From Lingula anatina (taxonomy: Eukaryota > Animalia > Brachiopoda): a stretch of 64,000 nucleotides of DNA. The stretch is taken from contig CM120640.1 in NCBI GenBank assembly GCA_051362555.1, forward strand, positions 52,802,788-52,866,787, given 5' to 3'. The notes under the pieces were generated by a model. It was not told the DNA's origin. It searched no databases and saw only the letters and a list, made by a program, of their open reading frames with translations. The translations under genes were made by a program, and so were the position numbers. This document shows, in pieces, positions 14,690-26,464 of the stretch; the first letter of the stretch is position 1, and every line of letters begins with the position of its first letter.

Positions 14690-14800
14690 TGCGAATAAAT
14701 TTCCCGGTGGCGATTAACAAACTTTGTTTAGGTCTCGATAGAGGACGCCACGTGCGCCAGCCCCATTGATTGGTCTGCTAGGGCGGCAGAGGTGGCGTGT
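14690..14800 (-). promoter_or_regulatory. Probable laminin alpha proximal promoter
   Basis: CpG-rich patch just upstream of the ATG, with an E-box (CACGTG ~14748), a CCAAT box (ATTGG ~14769) and a GC box (GGGCGG ~14781). CpG density rises sharply here relative to intron 1. Confidence 0.45.
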
Positions 14801-17591
14801 TAAGCGCTGCTATTAATTTTCTTCTGATTAAATGAATCGCTTGGTAATTTATCTTTATCCTTATACCTCTTCACTTTTTCCTATAAGTTTCTTTTGAAGG
14901 ACCTTTCAGCTCCACACGACCAACAAGCTATTCTGATATAATCTTGACATTACTGGCATTAGATATAGGCCTACTAGTATATGGGCCCTATATGTCCTCA
15001 GAATTTATTGCACAAACAGAAGACAAACAGTCATTCTGATATCATATTTAGAGAAACAAGTGCAAACTCTAAAGGACAGCATAAAATCCCTTCCATGAGA
15101 AAATATTTTATCGTTTTGTGAATGCACAATTTTCTGTATGTTTTGCGATAGTTTCTCATGGCCAACCAAGCCTGACGGGTGGTGCGTGACCAACATTAAT
15201 CACGATACTGTCCCCTTCTGCTTTCTTATGTTCTCTACCACAACTGAACTTCTCGACTGCAATATATTCCTTCTTATGCTTCTTCATTTTCCGGCCGCAC
15301 TTTGTATAATTGATCTTTCGATGGGAAGGTACAGGTACAAAAAGATAAAAGACACTCGGCTGAAAATTGCCGGAGACCTGCATCTTTACTTCTATGTTTG
15401 TATGTTCTTTATATGTAGCAGTCATATTATTGGCAAAATGTAATGTCACCGTCAGTTTGTTCGACACCCAGGATTAAGTGTCGGGATCTGGACATTGCCC
15501 ATACCGATAATACAGAACATGAGTGTACTTGGTAGAGAGCATTGCGACAGATGTCCTTTGTTCCGTAAATGTGTTGAGCTGATGTCGAGATCATCTATCG
15601 CATTCTCATCTTTATATTCCCTTTAAATGTGCTAACCTCGCTAATTTTGGTGGTTTCTTAAGAAGCCAAATATCAGTATCAGTTGGCAGGGGGTGTTGAA
15701 TAATACTATTAATTGATGTGTCTGTTTTCTTTTTCTTTTTTGGACAAATAAACAGTCACACTTCGGTCAAACGTAAAGAGTGACTGGCTGTAAGGCGTGG
15801 TTTTCAAAAAAAAAAAAAATGAAATTTTTGAATTTGAATACTGTTTTGCAGTTAGTCATAACCCTTGCTATAAATCATATGAAATACAACATCCCAATAT
15901 ACATTAAAGAGAAAAATATATATAAATAAAACAATACGAAGGTTCCAACAAAAACCACTAGACAAGCCCTGCAAAACGGAACCCATGAGGTATTGGAAAC
16001 AGAAAGGATACCTGGAGAAGAGAGTTAAGTTGGGGGGATGAAATCAACTGACTAGAAATGAACTGGGATGGATTGGGGATCTTGCAGGTGGCATAAGCTC
16101 CAAAAGAGGCAATAGGCAGGTAAGTTAGTAACAAAAATTGGAAGGTGCATTTGATATTATTTCCGGGAGTATTTCGCATCGATAATATTGCTCCTTATGT
16201 GGCTTGTTGAGCGACAAAAACAAGACATCGCAGGACCTTTTACACCTGATCCAGATACCCCCTAATTCTATCCGGTATATTTGACGCCAGCAGTCTCAAC
16301 AGCAAATGCACCAATTTGACTTCATTTCGATGAAATGGTTCTCATAAACCCAATAATCTGGCCCGAGTTACAATGTGATAACAGTTATGGCAAAATGAAT
16401 ATTGAATTGGATTTGGTTTATCGAATCATAGTCTGAAATCGGCGTTATGTTACTGCCACTCATCTATCGGTTACGCAAATATTTTCCGCTTGAAGGAAAA
16501 TGAAGCGACCAGACTCTTTCTGCTTGGCTGATCTGTTTGCACCTTTGCGCTCATTAAACAGTGTCAACAGCTTGCAGGTACAACATTACAAAGATAACTT
16601 TTATGATTAACCAAGCCATACATTAACCGCCTCGAGTACTCCAAATAAAATGCCCTGTGGCGATCCGAGGGGTGAGTTAGGAAGAACAGAGTCGAAGGAT
16701 TTCTTGACGTGTTTTATTCTTTGTAAAGTCAAAAATACGGGAAGAATAGCCACGCCACTAACCATTCGACATGAACACTTTAAAAAGTCCCTTTTTCTTT
16801 AAACGCATTACCCCCATTTTCTTGTTAGTTTCTAGAATTTGTACACTATCATCATCCCTTTCATTATTTTCTCGATGCACCCCAACCAAATGTACTCGAA
16901 AAGGTGTTCGATTAATTTATTCCTGAAGAAAAGCGACATTTTGAGAATGATTATCTAACTTAAATTATAATTTCTTTGACACTTTAGCACACAATTAATT
17001 ATTGTATCAATACAGTAGACATCATCCACAAGTTACTTTGAATTAAACACGTCCATGCCTCTCCTGAAATTGTTATTATGCAAGTCCAAATACGGTGCCA
17101 ATATTTTGATATGGGATATGGTGACAATCAATAACATATTTTTCTTATATATAATAACCCTTATCCAAAATGTAGATACACTTGTTCCCACATTTAAATA
17201 ATATGCATGGGAGGGTTCTATCGCTTGATTACGGCAAGCATGACCAAACGCTTTGGAGATTTTGATCAAAAGGTTAAGGGAAACACGCACGACTAGAATG
17301 TTAAATAAAAGAGAAAAGGCTCTGCACTTGAACGAAAAGAAAACCTGGGATAGTGGACGGCGGGTCAGATAGTGCGCATTATCAGAAAGTCGGGCAATGT
17401 CAACACGAGTCTTATTAAAAGGGGTGTGTACATGGACTGCCCTTGTGGTTGCTTTTATATTTCTTCGATTGATTCTGCAAAACAAATAAAAACACCATGG
17501 TAAATCACCTTCTTTCGTCAGTGTAATCGCACTACGTTGTCGTATAGCTGACAAGTCAAGGACTCTGGTAGAGTCTCTCTAAGGTGACACA

Positions 17592-19817
17592 ATGGAAAAC
17601 GAAAGCATCAGTCAAGGAAGAAATGATACCGTTGTGGAGTTTGGCAAATTGGATTATATTAGGGGGCGCAGCAGTACTTTCAGTGGCTTCACCCATAGAC
17701 ATATCCGACGTAGAATACATAGGGCAAGGAAACGGAAGCTCAGTGAGAATAATGAGCGAATAAGTGCCTCAGAATTAAACGATCAGACTCAAATTAACTC
17801 AAGCGCTTCAGCGGTGCTTCAAATCACGCAACTTAGTGACAGTAGTTCAAAAATGAATGATCAGAATCAATATAAAAGGGATGTGGCAACGCATCCGAGT
17901 TCTTATGCAGACGAAAACGGCGACAGCGAAAAAATTGCCTTTCAATGTAACGCAGGGGCTAATGCGCTTCAGAGCCTAGAGCTACACAACGACAACAACG
18001 ACAACGATTGCACAGACAGTCTTCAGACCGCCCCAGGAACAAAGGGTGCTTGGAAAAACAAACAAGGAATAAACCCTGTAAGTATTTGCCAAAAACATGA
18101 CCCCGTTAATCCCGAGAAGGGTTGTGAAACGGGCGATCAGAGAGAGAACAGTTGCAACAATACCCCGTGTCAGGAAGGCGTGTTGACATTCCCGCTTATG
18201 AAAGGCTATGCAGCAGCTGAGACTAGCGACCCACCACCCGTTCCTGCTAGAACTTACCAAAAAATAATTACTCCAGTTACACCTCAGACAACATCGGTTC
18301 TCCCCCCGGGGCTTCCGACTAAGCAACTTACCAGGGGTTTTCACAACACGGGCTTGAAAGACGGGCAAGAAATTGAGGAAATAGCACCTACGGGTATAGA
18401 CCTAAATGGGTGCTTTATCCCCCCTGATGAAAATAGAAGACATTCCCTGTGCATGTCCTCTTGCTATGACGTGCTAAACCAGGTAAACAGTGATTTAATC
18501 GAGGCTGATTACTGCAGTGAGGCTTGGCCCGACCCGCTGAATAAAGCAGGGACTCAAACCTCATGTCCTGATCAAAACAACTCTGGATGTGGACCAAGTG
18601 GCTGGAAAAAAGTTGAAAAATTGAAGGTAGAAGACGCCGAAGAAAAATGGGGAGTGAGTCCACCTGTGCCACAACGTACTTATAAGCACCGCTCAGGTGA
18701 ACACCTCCTGAGTGACGCACCTCGCAGTTTCACGCCGTTGACTTCAACACGACAGAGGAGCGCGTCCGTCGGTAACTTATCAAAAATAAACAGGTTTTCA
18801 GAACAAGGGAGAAAGAGGGCGTCGTCCCCCAGAGACAAACCGCTACCCCCAGCGCCCCTAGTTGAACGCACGTATAAACGTTTGGTAGGATTCAGTGGGG
18901 AGGGAGTACCCGGCTCGAACAGCTGTGTGAGTGCATTCCTTGGTGCTGCGTTAAATACTTGCCGTAAATATCCGTCTGATAGCCATATATATCATTCAGG
19001 AGTGAAGGCAGCAATCGAACCAACACCAAATGTTACATGTGTAGAAGAATTTTTGGAGCATACTCATGCGAAAACTTCGTCACAAGAGCACCAGACGCCT
19101 GCATTCTCTATTCCTTCCATTTTAATCGAGCCTGCAGACGGTGGTGATATTGCTTACGTGGGTGTTGAAAGAATTGATTTAATCGAAGACGATAAACATC
19201 CGCCTTTTGATAAAATTGAAACAAAAAAGGAATCCAAAGCGATAAAGAGTATTTTTAACGTACCACGCGTCCCAGAAAGAACATATAAGCAAGTTTTATC
19301 TTTACCAGGTTCTCGCGCTCGTAGTTCGTCGTTCGGTTCCTTCGGAATGCATCACAGAAAAGGCGCAAGGGACCAAGACCTTCACGTCCATTTTAGTCTG
19401 GATACAAGAGACTTGGACTCGAAAGAAACCATAGAGAAAAACGACAATGTTGCTTTCCGCCGTCACTCTTTTACTGCCCCAACAATGTCGCAACTTGTGA
19501 GTAAAAATGCACCACTCCAAAGAACATCATCATCTCCTACAGAAAAAGTCAGTAACGACGAACCACTATCCCCAAGACAACGGAGCAGTTCATTCAGCGA
19601 CTACGTAAAGCGTCTCATCTCCCCCGGGCCCGACGCCGTCAGGATGAAAGAACGACTGCAGGCCACCATGGCGGGAGTAGAGGAGCTGCACATTTTGAGA
19701 GAAAAACAGCGTTTAGCGGTCGAAGAAGCAAAAATGATTGGAAAAGCTGGCCGCCAGAGAAGTAATACATTTGACCCTTCTGAGCTCCATGCAAAGAGAC
19801 GACAGGTTAAAGAACAG
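17592..19817 (+). CDS. Dact/Dapper-like large disordered protein, exon 1 (742 codons)
   Basis: Open frame from ATG 17592 to a CAG|GTAAGA donor at 19817/18 (phase 0). Contains RMKERLQATMAGVEELHILREKQRLAVEEA, which resembles the Dact N-terminal motif [25 protein letters not shown]. Also four PxVPxRTY-type repeats and many RxRxxS/T sites. Confidence 0.8.
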
Positions 19818-21555
19818 GTAAGAAGACGCTATCTTTGGTTTTGTGTGTTAAATAAATCGAGTATTTATTAACGTGATTTTCAACCAGACAAACAACTTTT
19901 ATCAACTTCATTTGCTAAAGGAAGGAATTCCCTGACCCCTGGCTTTATCTTCCTGGCCAGAGCAAGCTAGGTTGGTACACTCCAACGAAAACGGTAAATT
20001 TGCATTGAACATTGCAATGTTGGGATTTGACAAACGCTTTGTGTACATGTACCTGTAAATCAGATGTTATTTAATTCACATCGTCACGCGTATGGGTCTC
20101 TTCACACAAAAAGTTATCGGCAAAGGTAACTTTCAAATTGACAAATACGATGTGTCAAGCAAACCGAAATTCAAACTTGAAATAGAGATTATAGCTCTTT
20201 TTTTGACAAGTATCAGTGATATATTTTGCCAGTAAGTTTTTCAAACTTCACCGCAAACTCAGTTACTGTCGACATTTTACTTTTCGTTGGTAAATAAGTT
20301 CAGCATTGTGTTAACTGCTAATATAAATTTGCATTAAGCATGTCGCGCAGAATAGAAAAAAATTACATACCAACTAGTCGTCCTGACATATATTAATGAT
20401 AGCGTCAGCAAGCAAGAGTCGGCTAGGCAACTGGTTTACTATCTGGAAATTATGTGCGCCCAATTTGTCATCCACAAGTCTGTGCCTAGGCATAGGAAAA
20501 TTCAGACCTGATTAGCCTCGGAAATGTTTGTTTTGTTGTGACATGAAAGTAAGTTTTGTAATTTGTCACACCTTGGATTTATGATAATGATTTGAAATAA
20601 AATATATACCTAAACTTATGAGAAATACAAACACCCGTTTGTACATGTGTAATGATAAAAACGATAGCTGTTTTCAAAACAGTTTTCATTTAACTCAACA
20701 AACAAAAATCCTTCTTTCTTACCTTTACATTTGTTTGATCAGACATTGTGGTTATGGGAAATTCACTGGTTAAGGGAACGGTATCTGAAAATACCTCGTA
20801 TTAAATATCAAATTAGCCACATCTTCTAATAGTTTTAGAACATCTCACGTATCCAGTATGAATTTACAAGACTATCAGATAGCTTTCGCCAAATAACGAA
20901 CAGCAATTCAAAATCTTTAATTCCTATTAGTGTAAATAGGTATGAGAGGGAGTCAATTCATTGGTCACAACTGAAACCAATGTTATTTGGGAGATGCTGT
21001 GATAGTGAAAACCGGTGTATATCAATTTTCATCTGAGGTGATATCATTTAAAGTCTTTCTGTTGACCTTATTCAAGCAGATCGGTAGAAATAAGTATATA
21101 ACAATGTTTCTATTGACGAAAGATGGATTGGGATGTCATTATCTCTCTTTGTCCCCGACGAAGGCTTTACAACCAAATCATGGCACTTAACCGAAGCCAG
21201 AATAAAGGACCCATAGGAAAAGAAATAAAAGCTACAGTAAATTCTCTTGGTAGCATGCTAACTATCTAAAAGGTTGTCAATCCGCACAATAAATCAAATA
21301 GTCATGTACACCCAGGGCCGTCATGTCCTGAATACGTAATTTGTTCTTGTGGATTTGATACAAATTAAGTAATCTGACTTTTTCTATATTCCTTTTTTTT
21401 TATTTCTGAAGAATCTTTTTCTAAACAGACCTGTCTTTTTTTGCTGCCTCCCTCCCCCCTCTGTTTTTAAGTTTTGTTCAAAAATTTAATCGAAATCACA
21501 ACAAATGAATAGATAGGTTATAGGTTATGGCCCGTAAGCCAACTTAATTTCGTTT

Positions 21556-21557
<2 letters not shown>

Positions 21558-21632
<75 letters not shown>
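21558..21632. repeat. Compound (CT)n(AT)n microsatellite
   Basis: Read directly from the sequence. Confidence 0.95.
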
Positions 21633-21635
<3 letters not shown>

Positions 21636-21800
21636 GGGCGGATCCAGAGATATTTTCTGACAGTCTTCCAAATTATCTTTGTTAATCCATCCTCCATTTT
21701 TGACCGTCTTCCGACAGAAAACCTTAGATACCCGTCAATGTAAACTTAAAAATCTGACCGTCTTCCGAAAGACCCAGAAGACGGCCTAAATCCGCCCCTG
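21633..21800. mobile_element. Short non-autonomous DNA transposon (TIR CAGGGGCGGAT) inserted in a (TA)n tract
   Basis: CAGGGGCGGATCCA ... AAATCCGCCCCTG, with internal repeats of TGACCGTCTTCC and TA repeats on both flanks. Confidence 0.75.
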
Positions 21801-22488
21801 ATATATATTCTTTCAGGCCACACTTGGTTCTCAGCCCAGGTTTATTGCCCTGGAGGGGATGTAGCCCTGCAGGCAAAATATTTGCCCTTACTTTCTGCCT
21901 GAGAAAGGGAATATTTTTCTTTATAATAATTCATCTTTTCATCATCTATTTTATTGTCTATGATATGCAGATTTGAGATACGTTGCCAATGCCAAGTTTT
22001 TATGTTTTTATGCGACCAACTTCTTTGTAAATTGATAATGGCTGCATGAGCCCAGAAAAAAATAAGTGAGACTGATTAAACGCGCAAACACCTGTATTGT
22101 CACCTTGGTAGTCAACTTATCTACAGCGTCACCTTTGAGGTGCAATAATGAAAAATATCAAGTGTATTCAATGTTTGTGTTTGTGTACCGGGTCACTTGG
22201 CTTAAATTCTATCAATATATCGTAATTTATAAATGGACAGCAAAGCACAATCGAAAGGTTATAGGGCTGGTTGAACTCCTTCGCCGCGGACCAGTTTGAT
22301 CAACGAAACTGTTTACGGCTTCCTTATCAGACTTGTAGTGCATAGCTCAGGGCCAAGGCTAGAACCTTGGGGTGGGGGTTATTTCCCTGGCACGTGGTCT
22401 CTTTGTTCTCTTAATATTATTCTCTTTCTGAAGGTAGACCAAGGTATAATTTCAGACATTTGAAACCCATTTTAACGTTTTTTTTTTT

Positions 22489-22526
<38 letters not shown>

Positions 22527-23989
22527 ATGTAATTAAGCGGAGACTAACATAGCGCCCTCAATAGAACTGGAGGACGAGATAAACACTCAAGAGCGCGCAG
22601 TATTTGGCTTAATATGGTGTGATATGTGGTGTGATATGAACGTACTTACAATGAAGTGTCAACTTATACAAAAGTCCATGTACTAGGTGACAAACCAAGG
22701 TGACAATCCCTATGCCAATAGGTCACTAGCTCCAGAGCTGATAGTTTACGTCCAAATGTCTATTTAACCTCCAGGCCCAAGAAATTCAAATTTATTAGCG
22801 ACATATAGGCCTACGTTAAAACAATTAAAGTTTATCCGTTTCTGTTCCAGTTATTTTGCCTTGAAGTAAAATGTGCCGGTGTTCACACACACAAGATAAA
22901 AATAAATGAAATTTAAAAAACGCTGATTCTAAAGGAAATGTTTGTTCTCTTCGGTGGAAAATGTTTAAAAAGTCAATTTTTATTCACACTACCCGACTGC
23001 AGTTTCAGTGCATACTGTTCTAGAAATCAGGCTGAGCAAAAACTTCACCATACAGCACTTTTGTTTCAGGTCCTGGCGTGTTGTGAAACAGGGATCATGA
23101 CGTCTTTGTCGAATTATCTATGATTATATCTCAAGTAACGTTTCCAGAGACTGGCATTTAGTTGACGCGTTTGGAAACTTGGTATCAACACTATGTTTTT
23201 AAGAACAAATAATGATTGTGTTTACCTAGTGTTAGTTTAAGGTCTGACGGTTTTTGGGTGTATTGAAAACCTGATATACCCTCGGTTGGGTACCATTGAT
23301 TTAATTAACCCGTCGATCGCATCTGTCAATCAAATGCCATGGATCATCAAATGAAAACACTTCACATAAAAAAAGGGACTTCCATAAGCCACAATTTGTA
23401 TTCCCAACCTTACACCGAACGTTCTTTGAGTGCTTAACAAACAGATAAATAAAAGCTTTTTATCGCAGCTTAACTAAAAGTTTTATATCTCTGTTTTGTT
23501 GTGTATCCCACTCTTTATCGTATCTATGAGCTTATCCCACATGAAGCATTGATATTAGTTAATTTTGCTCATGGTCGTAGCGTTTAAGTTATTGCTACAG
23601 AAATGTATTAGATTACAATGTTTTCCTTCTGTTTTTTTTTTTTCTCTTTAACAAAAGCATAACTTTTATGAGATTTGTAGATCCTAATTACATGTAGTTG
23701 TTTAGAGAGTAAAAATACTGATTTTCCTAACTCGAAACTGTCTTACAAATATACTTTTTTGGGACCGCTATTTCTTCCTGTGGCTACAGTTTGTTTCATG
23801 AATTCTTTGGATTGAATGCAATTTTTGTGTGTGTGTGTGAAAGGGGCTTAATTCCATCATGTCAATAGGATAAAACTGCCCACGAGGCATGAATACTTCT
23901 TTAATGATAAAATACATGGGACAAAACGACAGCTCCACTTAATCATACTAGGCATTTCTGTTTATTTACATATTGCTTTTCATTAAAAG

Positions 23990-25765
23990 CTAAATTTGGT
24001 ATATTTACAGCGAACTTCCGCGGCAGAAAGACAACCTACAAGTATGGCGCCTGAAAAGAGTGGCATGTATCTACACCCACAGGACGCACCTAAAAGCGCA
24101 TCCAACATAGTTGACTGGAATGATGACGGCACACCTAACACAATGGGGAGAGACAGAAGCTCAACCTGGTCCGGAGTTCCTCAGCCTCCAACTCCACCAA
24201 GAGTCAGGAGACTTAGTGGTCGTCGGAGACATGATTCTGGAGGCAAACACAAACACAGGAGGGATTCTAATGCCAATAAACAGACTCATTCTGAAGTAAA
24301 AGATCCGTCAGCACCTCACAGCTCTCAAACAAAAGATAATCTTACTACAATGAAAAATCCACAAGAAGTTGAAACAGCGCATTCCAAACTGGATAAACTA
24401 ATGCATGACTTTCCCGAGCCTTTCATGCGCCCACGTACATTTTCTGGGGGCGATTTCAAGTTTCCAAGCCCAATGCATGCTGTCCTTCTTCAATGTGAGA
24501 ACTCAGGGGAAGTCTCAAACCCGGCCATGCATTTCCAATTTTCTAGAAGCAATTCTGTCGGCAGGGTCGCAGACATACGGAAGGACCCAACTAGAGGCAC
24601 AAAGGAACGAAATGAACCTAGGATGCCTCCTGCTGGTGTATCACCTACAGCGCATTCATCATTGAACGTTAAAGACGGACTACGTGACGCCACAACCACC
24701 CTTGTAAAATCAAACGCCAGGGAAAACGGTTCCAATAAATCTGAGAACGACTCCTGTAGATTTCAAGCAAGCAGTGGAAATTCCACTTCCCCGAATTTTG
24801 CTTCCACTGATAAAGTGGTGAGAAACGTAATCTCGGTGGCACATACACGACGGATTCCTTTGAAATCTAGAGACTCTTCGGAAATAGTAACATATTCTGA
24901 TAAGCAAAATAGGAACAACGTTACCGGGAAATCACCCAAAGAAGTTACAAAAACCTCAGAATCCAAAGAACAATATCAGGCAGAAGTTTTATCAAATACG
25001 TCCCGCTTTGCTGGTGAAAGGGGAGATCAAGATAATGGGATAGCACGTTTGGCTTCCTCATCGCTAAATGCAGACATAACCCCCAAGAAAGACATCTCAC
25101 TGTTGCAATGCAGTGATAGCAGACCTCATATTTCAAAGAAAAATCACAAATCTACACCTGTTAGCAAAATCACGACAGAGAAAGCCATAGCGGAGCTTGA
25201 CAGAAATATCCAGGAGCTCGCTATCGCAGATTCAGAATCTTTAAAAGGGAAAGAATCACAAATTCAAACGTCTCCTCCTGTCCACGCTCTTCACGGAGAA
25301 ATTTGCTTTGCGTCAAATCAATATCCCCGATTACATGCCTCCTCTGCAAGATATCTAGGCGAACACAGGAAGCAGAAACCCTCTGCTCCTGTTATTCGTA
25401 TAGAAAATGGCAACCGTCCTGTGCATCTTAACATTAACATAAACGTTCAGAATACCGATGCTAGAAATCATCCAAGACATTCAAAATCCAATGACGTGTA
25501 CCCGGCGCATGTTTTGGGTAGTTTCGCAGAAGAAGAAGAAATAAATGACGATAATGAGTCCGCAAATCCGCCTGAACCTTCTCTACTCGTCACTAGTTCA
25601 CCGCGACGCTCACAAGATGGAATATTCAGTGTTAGCTTGGAAGAAGGATATTTTTCTGAGCCAGGAACACCACGCCATAGCCTTGCATCAAATTTTAGTG
25701 AAATCAGTCACTACACTACTAGTTCATGTCTCAGCAGTATGGGGTCAGACGGTGAGAAAGAATAA
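23990..25765 (+). CDS. Dact/Dapper-like protein, exon 2 (terminal, ~591 aa)
   Basis: Phase-0 acceptor ttttcattaaaag|CTA at 23989/90 (alternative in-frame acceptor tttacag| at 24010); stop TAA at 25763-25765. Contains AIAELDRNIQELAIA (compare Dact LQELDKQISDLRLD) and EEGYFSEPG...SSCLSS (compare Dact SSGFYELSDG...SECLSS). Confidence 0.78.
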   Translation, partial: LNLVYLQRTSAAERQPTSMAPEKSGMYLHPQDAPKSASNIVDWNDDGTPNTMGRDRSSTWSGVPQPPTPPRVRRLSGRRRHDSGGKHKHRRDSNANKQTHSEVKDPSAPHSSQTKDNLTTMKNPQEVETAHSKLDKLMHDFPEPFMRPRTFSGGDFKFPSPMHAVLLQCENSGEVSNPAMHFQFSRSNSVGRVADIRKDPTRGTKERNEPRMPPAGVSPTAHSSLNVKDGLRDATTTLVKSNARENGSNKSENDSCRFQASSGNSTSPNFASTDKVVRNVISVAHTRRIPLKSRDSSEIVTYSDKQNRNNVTGKSPKEVTKTSESKEQYQAEVLSNTSRFAGERGDQDNGIARLASSSLNADITPKKDISLLQCSDSRPHISKKNHKSTPVSKITTEKAIAELDRNIQELAIADSESLKGKESQIQTSPPVHALHGEICFASNQYPRLHASSARYLGEHRKQKPSAPVIRIENGNRPVHLNININVQNTDARNHPRHSKSNDVYPAHVLGSFAEEEEINDDNESANPPEPSLLVTSSPRRSQDGIFSVSLEEGYFSEPGTPRHSLASNFSEISHYTTSSCLSSMGSDGEKE

Positions 25766-26433
25766 GTTCAAGGCATTATTAGACGTGTTGGAGATAAAGT
25801 TTGATAAATAATTTACACAGGCGTGCTTTACACATACGGATATACACTTTTGATCTGGAGAGCGAAGCTTCCAAATGAAAATAACGTAAAGTACATTTTA
25901 CTCTTATTCAGAAGGTGAATTATATTTCCCTGTAGACAAGATTTTATTGAGAAGCATTTGTCAGGGTAGGAACATGTTTTCATCTTTCGCTCCAGCGTCT
26001 ATTTTAGACTCCAGAGGGAACAAGTAGTAAATTTGGTTGTGTCCCAATTATTGAGGAGACCGCTTAACAATGATTACATATGGGGCGGTGTAATGGAAAT
26101 CGCATCCCGATCAGTTGTAAACAATACTAAACTATTTGCAGTACTGGCTGATATGAACTGCCACTCGTTTCAAATGCAAGTAGGATATTCTCCATTTTTC
26201 TAAAGTTGAAGGAAAATAAACTGATTATTTCGAGGAGTGGTGACTTTTTAATTCATTACCTGTTAATTTCCTGTCTTTAAGATGGCTAAAAGGGACAAAG
26301 ATCGTAATTTTCATTCATTAAACATTTATTTAACGTTATTTCCAAAACCAGAGAAACCTTGTTTGGACATGCCACTGTCATGCTCATACACTCCAACTAC
26401 AATGGAGAATTCATAGGGTGGGGATGTGTGTGT

Positions 26434-26464
<31 letters not shown>

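Noticed and set aside
15958-16180. Possible LINE 3' UTR remnant (GACAAGCCC motif, purine-rich)
   Set aside because: Resemblance only; no ORF2 remnant could be read with confidence.
17033-17554. 173 aa minus-strand ORF upstream of the Dact-like gene
   Set aside because: Non-ATG start, no recognisable domain and no convincing splice context; probably 5' UTR or promoter sequence.
17982-25136. Several minus-strand and off-frame ORFs overlapping the two large exons
   Set aside because: Shadow ORFs of real coding sequence, with no independent protein signal.
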